A stretch of DNA of 55,807 nucleotides from a virus (lineage: Duplodnaviria; Caudoviricetes). The position numbers and the translations under genes are program-made. Positions 39,037-49,107 of the stretch are shown here, piece after piece; within the stretch, counting starts at the first letter, position 1; each line of letters begins with the position of its first letter. The notes under the pieces were generated by a model that saw only the letters and a list, made by a program, of their open reading frames with translations, made no database searches and was not told the DNA's origin. Location: positions 1 to 55,807 of the IMG/VR virus record IMGVR_UViG_3300017963_000313; one strand, 5' to 3'.

Positions 39037-40650
39037 TTAATTATCTCCTTCTTCGCCAGAATTTTTACCACGTTTCTTCTTACGAGCTTCAAGAGCCTTA
39101 GCAATTGTATCTCGTATACTAGCTTCAGCGGTTTCAGTATCAGAATTGACATCAACATCTTCTTCAGTTGCCTCGGCCTCTTCCAAACTTTCATCGCTAG
39201 CGTTTGCGTCATCAACTTCCTCATCTTGTTCATCTTCGGAAGTTTCACTACCCTCAGTGCTTTCAACATCGGTATCAGCATTGCCTTGAGTAATCTTGGC
39301 AGCTTCAATAAGGTCTTCAGCAAGAGCACTAAACTGGTCTTCATCAAGATTAGAGAATTTTTCCACCTTGGCTTCAGCGGTTTCCTTATCAATCTGACCA
39401 TCTACTAGAGTAGAGATACGATTGGCTCGGACACGCGAAGCTTCAGCTTCAGCGACTTTAGCTTCTGCCTCTGCCTTACTCTCAGTTAGTTCGTCAACCT
39501 TGGTGGTCAACTCTTCAACCTGAGTATTAAGAGAAGCAATTGTACTATCATCTTCTTCTTTAACCTTATTGGCAGCTTCTACTTGAGACGCTAAATCAGA
39601 TATTTGAGTCTCATACTGGGCAATGTCTGCCTTAGCAAGCTTGTCGGTCAATGCAGCCAATTCAGCTTTCATTTCACGAACTTCTGCTTTGGCATCATCC
39701 AGTTGAGTTTTCAAAAGTTCATTTTCTGAACTCATATCGTCTTCTCCAATCAAGTTATGATTATTATTTTCAGCCCTAGTCCACCACAAATTATCATTAG
39801 CATATGAATTAGTGATAGAATTACCTGGGCTATACGACATAGATACACCATTATTTCTAATAAACGGATTTTCTTGAATAGCAGAGGCAAAATCAAAATT
39901 TACTGAAGCCTTACTAAAAATAATACTCTCAGGATTGGCTGGCCTGTCTACATAGCCTTTCCCAGAGAAGGTAATATCTTTTAGAAAACGACCTACTTTG
40001 TAGTCTTGATATTCACCTGTGCCGCCATAAGCACACAAATGCTTAGTTAGAAATGCGCTGTCTTCATTGCGCGGAACAACAAACGAACTGCCATCCGACG
40101 CAACAACAGCATAGTTAAAACCAGAAAATAAACATTCCATAGAAACGTATTTTTCCCCGGCTTCAATTTTTTCAATCAGATTATTAGTACGCTCAATTAA
40201 TTTTTCATCTTCCCAATTTGTATATATAACTGCCGAATTACACAAATGATATACATTTGGTAAGTCCGACGCGATTGTATTGTCTGGAATAATATTTCCA
40301 TCAACATCCATTGCCCATGTTTCTTGCATGTGTCCAACAATTTCATGCTCATCATGCTCTAGATTAGTAGGCTTATTACCAGGAGTATTTCTGGCAGCCC
40401 AAACCTCTGAGGCTCCAAACACATCATCATTCTTATTCCAGTTGGTTGTAACCAGAATAGAATTAGTTGGATACAGGTCAGAAAATGTAGAAGCCCTAGC
40501 TAACATCTCTGGTGTGAATAGAGACGCACAAGTGCTTTCATTTGTGGACCAAGATGTAAGAGGCGCTGCGTATGCAATAGAAGCATTGGCTTTAATAACT
40601 TCTGTTAAACCGGCTTCGGCCTCTGCTTTATAGACTGGAATATCTTTCAT
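39037..40650 (-). CDS. prohead protease-scaffold fusion
   Basis: NKNDD, NLEH, IVGH and VSMEC protease-type motifs plus an acidic coiled-coil C-terminal half. Confidence 0.75.
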   Translation of the reverse strand: MKDIPVYKAEAEAGLTEVIKANASIAYAAPLTSWSTNESTCASLFTPEMLARASTFSDLYPTNSILVTTNWNKNDDVFGASEVWAARNTPGNKPTNLEHDEHEIVGHMQETWAMDVDGNIIPDNTIASDLPNVYHLCNSAVIYTNWEDEKLIERTNNLIEKIEAGEKYVSMECLFSGFNYAVVASDGSSFVVPRNEDSAFLTKHLCAYGGTGEYQDYKVGRFLKDITFSGKGYVDRPANPESIIFSKASVNFDFASAIQENPFIRNNGVSMSYSPGNSITNSYANDNLWWTRAENNNHNLIGEDDMSSENELLKTQLDDAKAEVREMKAELAALTDKLAKADIAQYETQISDLASQVEAANKVKEEDDSTIASLNTQVEELTTKVDELTESKAEAEAKVAEAEASRVRANRISTLVDGQIDKETAEAKVEKFSNLDEDQFSALAEDLIEAAKITQGNADTDVESTEGSETSEDEQDEEVDDANASDESLEEAEATEEDVDVNSDTETAEASIRDTIAKALEARKKKRGKNSGEEGDN

Positions 40651-40655
40651 AATAG

Positions 40656-40666
40656 GATATTACACC
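40656..40666 (-). promoter_or_regulatory. putative late promoter GGTGTAATATC, possibly leaderless
   Basis: GGTG-TAATAT-CCTATT-ATG, with no Shine-Dalgarno between the motif and the ATG. Confidence 0.5.
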
Positions 40667-40669
40667 ACT

Positions 40670-40948
40670 TTAGTTACGAGTCTTAAAAAGTGCCTTAGCA
40701 ATGAGTTCTGTAGATGGCTTATTCTGAGGTGTTCGGGAAACTTCCACTTTTTCCGAAGCGGAAACCCTAGTCACCACGCTCATCTCTTCCTCATCGTCCG
40801 TTTCTACTGTAGTAACATCTACATGAAACTTATCCTCTTCAAAAAAGTCTTTAAAGAACATGGCCGCAGTCACATTATCTACTGCCTTACCATCCATAGT
40901 CACCTTAAGAGACTTCTCTTTGGTATCTAGTTCAGCTACAATCTTCAT
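40670..40948 (-). CDS. hypothetical protein
   Basis: Strong AAGGAG RBS; overlaps the portal end. Confidence 0.65.
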   Translation of the reverse strand: MKIVAELDTKEKSLKVTMDGKAVDNVTAAMFFKDFFEEDKFHVDVTTVETDDEEEMSVVTRVSASEKVEVSRTPQNKPSTELIAKALFKTRN

Positions 40949-43094
40949 CTATATCTCCTTTATAAGCAGCATATACAGCAGCTTGAATTCTATGCATTTC
41001 ATCGATAGTGAGTTTTCTATCTAGATTACTGGATATGTAATTAGCCCACTCTTTGCGGGTTTGTTTAATCTCTGTGGGAACCCCACCCTTGGATACGGCT
41101 GCTAAAACAGTATCCTCATCAACAATTTGATTGGGGTTTAACTGACACAAGACTCCAAACTTAATGTTTTCGGCCTGTGTTTGTTCGTCGGAACTAAGAG
41201 ACCGCATATTCTTCTTATTGAAGGTCTCTAGGATAACTGGATTTAAGTATTCTGCCAGTGCGGTTTGAGCAGCATTAGCCCACACTTCAACAACAGCTTT
41301 GCTCTTGGGCTTAAATGTTTTCTCTTTGCGTTTGGTGGAATCCTTAACATTTTTAGGTCTTCCGGGTTGCCCCTTCTTATTAGATGCGGGCGGCTTACCA
41401 CCAGCCTGCCTCATTTCAAGACCGGCCTTCTCGCCCTTCTTAGGCTCTGGTAAATCCAATCCAACTTGGAAGGGGGTAACAACACCACTTTGCAACGCAA
41501 TCTTCTTAAGAGATAGTTCAAAGTCGGCATCATGATATGGACCGGCCTTCTTAGTCATACGTCCAGCGTCACGCTCACGTTGCTCCCGATTAGTGCGAAT
41601 ACGCTCAAGTTCAGGATTATGACCAAAGTGGTAATTGAGTAGCTCATCACTGATAACACCACGGTCTGCAAGGTCAATAGCCAACTTAAGCTGACTCTGA
41701 ACATCTCCCAGATTGGCATGCTCGAACTCTACGGTAGCCGGGAATCTAAAGCCCATGGCCTTCTGCACAGCCTTAATTTCCTGATTCCAGAATCGCGTAA
41801 GTGCTTCCCGCCCATACTCCAACCGTTGTATAAGAGTTTGTAGAGATACAAAGTTATTAGTAGTACCCGTAGCTCCACCAGTACCCGTTAGAGTAGGAGG
41901 AATACCAAGACCAGCATACATAGCATTAAGTGTAGGTATATACTTTTCCTCACCTAAAAACTGGTGAACAGAAGTCTTACTTTCAAGCATCTCAATATCT
42001 GGACCCCACACGATATCCATGGTTCCAGCCCCAACATGATTTTCTAGGATATCTGCTAGGCGAGATGCGGCGGCGGCGGTAGGAACTACTTTATGCTCCA
42101 AGTTACCAATCTTGAAGATACGGATATTAGAAATAGCACCGTCTAGAGCAGCGGTATCTGCAAGTTGGAGTTTTTCAAATAACTTGACACTCTTTAGAAT
42201 AGAATGAATCATGGGGAGAGCCCATGTTTGCCAGTCATCTTTTTTATAGTGGTATACAAAGGTCTTATCGGGGTCCAACAGAACAGGTGTGCCCTTCTTG
42301 GCGCTTTCTTTAAGTTCTGCTGGTAGCTGTTCTACAATCTTGTGGTCGGCAGATGTTTTAGGGGCGCTAATAAGTCTGCGGACATTACTAGGAATCCTGA
42401 TAGCGTAGAGAGGTTTGCCCACAAAAGAAGCCAGGGGGCCTCCCACGATATGAACCATAGTAGGATTATGAAAGACATATTGCCATGGTATCTCGTTAGG
42501 TTCTACATTAGGCTGCTCAATTTTCATATCCGGCTTAGCAATGGACTTCATACGGTCTTGCTGATTAGCACCGGGAACTTTTGCGGTCTTTCTACGGACA
42601 ACAACATTGCCGTGTCTATAGAATAAGTTCATAAATCTTTCTGAGCGTTCTTTTCCGCTAACCTTGTCAAACCACGTTCGGAAAAACTTTTCCACTCTTT
42701 TGTTAGGGTGAGATAAACGAATTCCTTGGCAGGCGAAATCTCCCATTAGGTCAATAACATTGCGAATCAAACCTACACTTTTATAGGCGTGGTCACACTG
42801 AATAATGCTATCCATGGCGCTGGTAGGTAGCGCCTCACATGGGCGATGATAGTCATAGTCTCGCCGTGTAAGTCCGGGTCGGCCTGATACGTTAGTATCT
42901 AGATTAGAGTAATCGTGAAAAAAACTGGCCGAACTTCTCTGGACCCCAGAATATTCGTTAGTGGCTAAGCTAAGTTGCCTAAATGCTGTAGCCTTTTCAT
43001 CGTCTGAACCCCAGCTAACATACATCTCTTTGCCTTCATGAGCAGACTTAGTTAACATCTTACTTCTAGGATATTTATTAGACTTATGAGACAT
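40932..43094 (-). CDS. portal protein
   Basis: Follows terL; helical portal core (RNVIDLM, GNV, GLGIPP) with a basic GRP-containing C-terminal extension. Confidence 0.8.
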   Translation of the reverse strand: MSHKSNKYPRSKMLTKSAHEGKEMYVSWGSDDEKATAFRQLSLATNEYSGVQRSSASFFHDYSNLDTNVSGRPGLTRRDYDYHRPCEALPTSAMDSIIQCDHAYKSVGLIRNVIDLMGDFACQGIRLSHPNKRVEKFFRTWFDKVSGKERSERFMNLFYRHGNVVVRRKTAKVPGANQQDRMKSIAKPDMKIEQPNVEPNEIPWQYVFHNPTMVHIVGGPLASFVGKPLYAIRIPSNVRRLISAPKTSADHKIVEQLPAELKESAKKGTPVLLDPDKTFVYHYKKDDWQTWALPMIHSILKSVKLFEKLQLADTAALDGAISNIRIFKIGNLEHKVVPTAAAASRLADILENHVGAGTMDIVWGPDIEMLESKTSVHQFLGEEKYIPTLNAMYAGLGIPPTLTGTGGATGTTNNFVSLQTLIQRLEYGREALTRFWNQEIKAVQKAMGFRFPATVEFEHANLGDVQSQLKLAIDLADRGVISDELLNYHFGHNPELERIRTNREQRERDAGRMTKKAGPYHDADFELSLKKIALQSGVVTPFQVGLDLPEPKKGEKAGLEMRQAGGKPPASNKKGQPGRPKNVKDSTKRKEKTFKPKSKAVVEVWANAAQTALAEYLNPVILETFNKKNMRSLSSDEQTQAENIKFGVLCQLNPNQIVDEDTVLAAVSKGGVPTEIKQTRKEWANYISSNLDRKLTIDEMHRIQAAVYAAYKGDIDEDCS

Positions 43095-43140
43095 TTATGA
43101 ACCTAATAGAATTGTAATGCGATTGTTTATTCACTTAATA

Positions 43141-43151
43141 GTATTATACAC
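43141..43151 (-). promoter_or_regulatory. putative late promoter GTGTATAATAC
   Basis: Intergenic between terL and portal. Confidence 0.55.
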
Positions 43152-43156
43152 AAATT

Positions 43157-46100
43157 TTACTGTTTTCTCACTATACCACGACCAAGATAAGATGTGTCCT
43201 GGTTTTCAGTTAGCCATAGCGGGCCACTTTGATACATGTTTCCCGAAGTGTCTCTGTGTTTAATATCTCCGGTAAACCCACCTATAACTTCATACTCGGC
43301 TATAGTAGGTGTCCTTTTCATCTGTCTCGCAATCATATTTGCAATAATAAGTGATGAATACCTATCTTTTCTTAGTCTCCCCTTCTTACCGCTTTCAAGC
43401 TTAGTCTCTGGGGTATCCCACCTATCTCTAGCCCCTTGACCAGTACCAGTACGAGTCATAACAATAGTGGTCAACTCATCCTTTAGTTCCTCTATTTCTA
43501 ATACAGCGTCTTCAAGCGTGTCATAAATAGTAAGTTCTTTACCGTGTGCTTTACGATAGTTGTCTTCCCGAATCTTATCTTCAGCAATAGACATCTCTAG
43601 GGTAATACTATCAAACCGTGGGAATAGTAATACTTTATGCTCTAAGTCTGTACGTAAACCGTGGTTAGCTTCTGCTGTCCAATCCGACTTGGCAAACTGC
43701 ACCATTTCTAGAATGTGAAGTCCCGGCTCATTATCTGTATCCTTGGGTTTGTTATCATCAATAACTTCCCAAATAGGTAGTTCTCCAGGCTGAAGCTTAT
43801 CCATATCATGTAGGGCTTCTGCCACCGCAATACCACCACCCTGAGCATCTATACCAATACGCTCACAGGGAAACGCCCTCATTAGCTCACGTATTTTTCT
43901 GGCTGTATATCCGTAAAAATCGTTAACGTCCGTAAGGCCCGCCTTCACTCTTTTCTTGAAGTCATCACGATTAGTGGTCCATACATATACAACACGAGAA
44001 TGGTCTTCATGAAGCTCTATAACGACAATAGAGAAGTTATCGGCCTCAGAAGCAGGGTCCACCCCAAATACATATTTAAGATTAGGATTCCCTCTAGTAG
44101 CCGCATCAAAGTATACAGGGCCAGAAGGTAGGTTGACAGGCTCGGTTTCTGAGGTTACACAGGATTCAATAAGACTTCTTTTAAAGAACCCATCACTATC
44201 TGTAACAAAACAGCACCCATATTCCTTGAGATAGATAGCACTATGAACAGTAGCCTTAGCTCGCATGACCACTTTATCATCCATAAAACCCTTGGGAATT
44301 CGGTCATAGGGTATGCGGATAACGGCATAATCTTTATAGTTGAAGTATTCAGCGTCTTCTTCTGTGAAGTCTTCCCCTAGGAATCTGCGGACCTTCTCTA
44401 AATCACCCTTACTTCTAATAAAAGAACAATACCTTTTATGGTAGTCTGCAAAATGATTGAAGGAATAGTCGGCAGTACCAGAGATAATAGCTTGGTTGCC
44501 CGTTCTCTGTAGGAAGGCAGACTCTCGTTCAGAATTCCATGAGCCCTGGTCAATCATCTCTTTACGTCTTGCATATTCTTTAACATTACCCACAGGGTCG
44601 CTAGACACGGCGGCAAAACCGGCAATAACCGTTTCATAAATATCTGGAGAAATAGAGGCAAATTCATCCGATATTACAGTGGTAGCACGCAAACCACGAA
44701 TCTTACTATTATGTGAACAAAATCCATTTGCTGTATATACATGGTCTTTAGGAACATGTAAATCGTAAGTATGGGCTTCTCCATCTTCTATACTTATTAT
44801 TTCATCGTAATAAACATCCCGCTCATTAAGCTCTTTTAATTTTTCTACAAAAGGGTCACGCCCATGATATTTTCTACAAAATTTTGCAGCAAGATTTCTA
44901 GTTACTTCTTTTCTATCTTTAATTTTACTAGCTACAATACTCCTATCGCCGCTTCTACTATATTGAGAGGCTATAGATACCATAGCATCCCTAACGCCAG
45001 GAATGATGTCTCCAGCACTAACATCTCTAACCTTGTCTTCAAGACTATCCTGCAATACACTCTGTTTTCTATGTAAGCCAAAGCCAATTAGGTTTGCAAA
45101 AATTTTCACATCTTTACCAGTAATTAAAAGTTCATAGATAGTATTCCAAGATTTGTTTTCTTTTCTATTCCTACTTATTTTACACGCAACAATTCCATAA
45201 TGTAAAAGAATATATTGCATTTGGTCAACAAGCTTTTCGGAAGTATTAGTAAAACCAACAGTTATGCTAGTTCCGCCTTTGGTTGTGGAAACCTGCACAT
45301 GACCATCCGTATCATATAAACCACGCAAACATGCCGACATATTTTCTCTAGAGTCTGACATAATGGTTGATGGTAAATATTTATCTATTGTGTAACACTT
45401 TTTCATTCCGTGTTTATCTAACCAGTTTTGTCTCTCTTCTTTACTATTTAGATTATAATGTACACTATCTCCACAGGGTTTAAAATCTTTTTCAAATGCA
45501 TAATTTAAGGCTTCTACTAGCTCTATATCTTTGGTGGCAAATCTTAAAAAATATTGGTTGGTCCAACTTCCATCTCCTATCAATAACCCAAGAGCATAAG
45601 CCTCTTCCTTTGTCATTTTATCTTGTCCGTTATGCCATCTATATGACCTATCTATAAGAATTCTATCTCCAATGGTCATATTATCTGCTCTACACCATTG
45701 GATTTCACCATTACGTAAAATTTGCATTTTATGGTTATGTGTAGACTCAAAGTGAAAACCCTTATTTGTCACCACTTTTTTAGTTGGTTTATATCCATTA
45801 TAATAAGCCTCATCAGACTTTCTAAATGCTCCTTGACCAGAAATTGACTGCCCCCACACGTTTTTAGAACGTTTAACGATTTTTGGAGTTTCGTCTGCGG
45901 TAGGACGACCTACATCGTTTTCAATTGTTGTAAATCCTTGGGAACAAAGGACTTGAGTACCTCCAGAGAGACAACCATCTCCTAATGGAACAGCCGCAGC
46001 CCAATTTTCGTTGATATACATAGTCCAACGGTCGTTGTCATGGCGGGGTCCACTAGTCGTAGAGCATATAGAACGTAGAATAGGAGCATTACGCCAAATG

Positions 46101-46522
46101 GTTTCCATGTACTCAAAAATAATCTTAGACTGTCTAAAAGCAGCACCAACCAAAACAATCTTAGCACCCGGAGTACCGTTTTCGTTGGTAGGAGTGAGGG
46201 CCAGCTTGAGCATGGTATATACAGCAAGCAAAAATGATTTACCACCACCACGAGACATCATGAAGATAGAGAAGGGGCGGTTCCACAGTTCTTCTAATAC
46301 TGCGGCTTGAAAGGGCAATAGGTCAATACCTAAGAATAGCTTAGCAGACAACCATAGATAGTTAGTGTCTGTAAGAGCCCGTAATTCGTGGACACCGGGG
46401 TTCTTCTTATCCCAATCAGTTCTATTTAGAAGGGGATTCTTAGAACGGGGAATTTGTATTGCCGACGTATCAATGCCGGTCCAAGCATCATCGTGCTTGT
46501 TAAATTTAAGAGTCTGTTCCAT
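43157..46522 (-). CDS. terL: terminase large subunit, intein-interrupted
   Basis: LLPFQ, Walker A SRGGGKS, Walker B VISDE, and nuclease motifs FGVDPA and KDRYS. Confidence 0.92.
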   Translation of the reverse strand: MEQTLKFNKHDDAWTGIDTSAIQIPRSKNPLLNRTDWDKKNPGVHELRALTDTNYLWLSAKLFLGIDLLPFQAAVLEELWNRPFSIFMMSRGGGKSFLLAVYTMLKLALTPTNENGTPGAKIVLVGAAFRQSKIIFEYMETIWRNAPILRSICSTTSGPRHDNDRWTMYINENWAAAVPLGDGCLSGGTQVLCSQGFTTIENDVGRPTADETPKIVKRSKNVWGQSISGQGAFRKSDEAYYNGYKPTKKVVTNKGFHFESTHNHKMQILRNGEIQWCRADNMTIGDRILIDRSYRWHNGQDKMTKEEAYALGLLIGDGSWTNQYFLRFATKDIELVEALNYAFEKDFKPCGDSVHYNLNSKEERQNWLDKHGMKKCYTIDKYLPSTIMSDSRENMSACLRGLYDTDGHVQVSTTKGGTSITVGFTNTSEKLVDQMQYILLHYGIVACKISRNRKENKSWNTIYELLITGKDVKIFANLIGFGLHRKQSVLQDSLEDKVRDVSAGDIIPGVRDAMVSIASQYSRSGDRSIVASKIKDRKEVTRNLAAKFCRKYHGRDPFVEKLKELNERDVYYDEIISIEDGEAHTYDLHVPKDHVYTANGFCSHNSKIRGLRATTVISDEFASISPDIYETVIAGFAAVSSDPVGNVKEYARRKEMIDQGSWNSERESAFLQRTGNQAIISGTADYSFNHFADYHKRYCSFIRSKGDLEKVRRFLGEDFTEEDAEYFNYKDYAVIRIPYDRIPKGFMDDKVVMRAKATVHSAIYLKEYGCCFVTDSDGFFKRSLIESCVTSETEPVNLPSGPVYFDAATRGNPNLKYVFGVDPASEADNFSIVVIELHEDHSRVVYVWTTNRDDFKKRVKAGLTDVNDFYGYTARKIRELMRAFPCERIGIDAQGGGIAVAEALHDMDKLQPGELPIWEVIDDNKPKDTDNEPGLHILEMVQFAKSDWTAEANHGLRTDLEHKVLLFPRFDSITLEMSIAEDKIREDNYRKAHGKELTIYDTLEDAVLEIEELKDELTTIVMTRTGTGQGARDRWDTPETKLESGKKGRLRKDRYSSLIIANMIARQMKRTPTIAEYEVIGGFTGDIKHRDTSGNMYQSGPLWLTENQDTSYLGRGIVRKQ
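44708..45973 (-). mobile_element. 422-aa intein with LAGLIDADG homing endonuclease
   Basis: Begins CLSGGT, has block B THNH, LGLLIGDG and LRGLYDTDG, and ends HN followed by Ser (+1). Exteins rejoin as PLGDG|SKIRGLRA. Confidence 0.93.
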
Positions 46523-46958
46523 ACTTCTCCGTAATACGTTTCATTAACTTCATAGAAAACATGGCGGCATTATCTACATCCCCGGCAAAAATCACGTTTA
46601 CGTCGTGCTCTATACAAAGTTCAGAAATACGCCTCATAATAAAGGGGCCTTTGGTTTTGAGTTTACTCCACATTCGCTTAGGCACATTAGAACCCTGTGG
46701 ATAAGCCATGATATCGTCTATGGAAAATTCTAGAATGAGAAAAGAGTGGGGAATTTCTTCCATCCTTTTGAGTTCTTTCTCAAAACGTGCTTGACACACG
46801 TTCTCCGCTAGTTCCGACACATTCTGTTTACGCTCTATACACAATTTGTCTTCTAAACCAGCTAACGAATAATCGCCTGTATCAAGCTTCGCTCTAGTTG
46901 TTTCTACCCCGGAAAAAAACCACGGTTTCTTTTCTCTGGTGTCTATTATGATATGCAT
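46506..46958 (-). CDS. ERCC4-domain nuclease
   Basis: IIDTREK, LDTGDYS and IERK motifs. Confidence 0.85.
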   Translation of the reverse strand: MHIIIDTREKKPWFFSGVETTRAKLDTGDYSLAGLEDKLCIERKQNVSELAENVCQARFEKELKRMEEIPHSFLILEFSIDDIMAYPQGSNVPKRMWSKLKTKGPFIMRRISELCIEHDVNVIFAGDVDNAAMFSMKLMKRITEKYGTDS

Positions 46959-47270
46959 TTACTTATTTTCGTTTTGTATAATAATTCTATCGAAAACCTC
47001 TTGATAGTAAACTTCCTGTCCCGATATCATTTCGTGATGTTTTCTACAGAGGGTAATACCATTACGTCTTTGGAATCTAACCAGCGGTTGTTCCGCCCAA
47101 CCTCTTACATGGTGGACCTGTAATCTCTTACGCTCTTTACAGTCGGGCCACTGACAGCAGTACCCATCTCTCTTTTTTACTTCTTTTCTAAACTTGATGT
47201 ATTGAGGGTCATCAAAGTTGCGGGATTGCGGTCTTACGGGGAATTTCCGCCTGTGTCTGCGATAAGTCAT
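46959..47270 (-). CDS. HNH endonuclease
   Basis: RDGYCCQ..C...LQVHH...NGITLCRKHH. Confidence 0.88.
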   Translation of the reverse strand: MTYRRHRRKFPVRPQSRNFDDPQYIKFRKEVKKRDGYCCQWPDCKERKRLQVHHVRGWAEQPLVRFQRRNGITLCRKHHEMISGQEVYYQEVFDRIIIQNENK

Positions 47271-48303
47271 GGGAAACCATTTCTTTCACTAAATCTTCAA
47301 AACTATAACTAGGTTTCCATCCCAATACTTTTTTAGCCTTGGATGGATTACCACATAAATAGTCCACTTCTGAAGGTCTGAAGAACTTGGGGTCAATCAC
47401 TACATAGTTAGACCAATCTTCGATGCCTATCTCTTCAAAAGCAATATCCAAAAACTCTCTCACACTGTGTGTTTCCCCAGACGCTACCACATAGTCATCT
47501 GGCGTATCCTGTTGTAGTGTTAGATACATTGACTCAACCATATCGGAGGCATGGGACCAATCTCGATATGCATCTAAATTTCCTAGTCTAAGCTTAGGAA
47601 TTTTACCCAATCTGTCATAAATATAGTCGTCGTCAAAATGTGTGACATGACCATAGTTTTGTGCTCGAAAGTTTGCAATCCACCGAGTAATCTTGCGGGT
47701 GACAAACTTATCTCCACGACGGGGGCTCTCGTGATTAAATATCATATTAGAGCTAGCATGAATTCCATAAGCCTCTCTATAGTTTTGTACTAAATAGTGG
47801 GCAGCCAGCTTAGCCACAGCATATGGGCTCCGTGGATGAAAAGCTGTATTCTCATCCTGATATTTATTTCCATCTCCATCAACACTATAATTACTACCAA
47901 ACATCTCGCTAGTTGAAGCTTGATAGAACCTTGTGTGTGGAGATTCTCTACGAATAGCTTCGAGTATATTTAAAACACCAATATAATTAACGTCTGTTGT
48001 ATGGAGTGGTTCATTAAAGCTAGTTTGAACATGAGACTGAGCCGCGAGATTGTAACATTTATCAGGCATAAATTCTTTAATGAGTCCACTAATCGAAACA
48101 TAATCTGTCACATCTCCTTCTCTAAAAACAAAATTAGGATTAGATATAATATGAGATAGTCTATCTGTATTATTAGTACTACTTCTACGGGAAATACCTA
48201 TAACGGTATATCCTTTGTCTAATAGTAACTCTGACAAATACGAACCATCTTGTCCTGTCACACCTGTAATCAGGGCGCTTTTTTTATCCTCTGACATATA
48301 CAT
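47212..48303 (-). CDS. gmd: GDP-mannose 4,6-dehydratase
   Basis: ALITGVTGQDGSYL, NLAAQSHV, QASTSE, YAVAK, FNHESPRRG and RDW motifs. Confidence 0.95.
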   Translation of the reverse strand: MYMSEDKKSALITGVTGQDGSYLSELLLDKGYTVIGISRRSSTNNTDRLSHIISNPNFVFREGDVTDYVSISGLIKEFMPDKCYNLAAQSHVQTSFNEPLHTTDVNYIGVLNILEAIRRESPHTRFYQASTSEMFGSNYSVDGDGNKYQDENTAFHPRSPYAVAKLAAHYLVQNYREAYGIHASSNMIFNHESPRRGDKFVTRKITRWIANFRAQNYGHVTHFDDDYIYDRLGKIPKLRLGNLDAYRDWSHASDMVESMYLTLQQDTPDDYVVASGETHSVREFLDIAFEEIGIEDWSNYVVIDPKFFRPSEVDYLCGNPSKAKKVLGWKPSYSFEDLVKEMVSHDLSQTQAEIPRKTAIPQL

Positions 48304-48309
48304 TTGTCC

Positions 48310-48879
48310 TTATTTTGCAAATCTTGGTTTGTGTTGATTAACAGCTTCATTCTTGCGTGGAACATAAATACCAGTACGGCTTGTAGTGCCTTTAGAGCCA
48401 CCTTCTATATTAAGTTTATTTTCCTTTGTCTCAACACTTTCTGGTCTAATAGCCCTAGCATTAAGTACGTGTCTAGTAGAAGAATTATGTCCGGGTAGCT
48501 CAGCAAACTTCTTATCAAAGTAATCTTCGTGTACTTCCACAGCCTCTTCTGGCTCAAACTTTTCTACCAGACTTTCAGGAGCAAATACTTCCTCTTCTTC
48601 GTCAGTTTCTTCTATCTCTTCTTCGGCCATAGCTTCTGCTACAGCTTCTTCTACCTCTTCTTCAAGAGTTTCTTCCACCTCTGCCACAACTTCTTCAATA
48701 ATATCATCTTCAACCATAGCATTGTAAAGAGGGTCTGGTTTCACAACTTCTTTTTCCTCTGCCTGCTCGGCCCGCTCTTGAAGCTCCGATAAATCTCTAG
48801 CTTGTTTATCTGCCAAACTAGAAATAGTGCTCTTAAAGCTGTCCATATCTTGCTCTGTCATAATTGGTTTATTATCCAT
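48310..48879 (-). CDS. highly acidic hypothetical protein
   Basis: Glu-rich centre and basic C-terminus; AAGGA RBS. Confidence 0.65.
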   Translation of the reverse strand: MDNKPIMTEQDMDSFKSTISSLADKQARDLSELQERAEQAEEKEVVKPDPLYNAMVEDDIIEEVVAEVEETLEEEVEEAVAEAMAEEEIEETDEEEEVFAPESLVEKFEPEEAVEVHEDYFDKKFAELPGHNSSTRHVLNARAIRPESVETKENKLNIEGGSKGTTSRTGIYVPRKNEAVNQHKPRFAK

Positions 48880-48891
48880 GGGTTTTCCTTA

Positions 48892-49107
48892 TTAAAACTT
48901 TTGTTCTAATGTAAAATTGTGTGCTATATCTATATATTGAATACTGTATGGTCTATGACCATTAATAATTATATCGTGTAAAATAGAGCTAACTGGTTTA
49001 TTATTTGATAGACGTATATCAACTTTACCAGGAATATATCTAACTTTATTACCTGGGGGTTTTACGTGTATAGGAGGTTCATAACACATATTACTCATCG
49101 TCTCCAA
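48892..49107 (-). CDS. small hypothetical protein (start possibly at MSNM)
   Basis: Fills the gap in the operon. Confidence 0.4.
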   Translation of the reverse strand: METMSNMCYEPPIHVKPPGNKVRYIPGKVDIRLSNNKPVSSILHDIIINGHRPYSIQYIDIAHNFTLEQKF

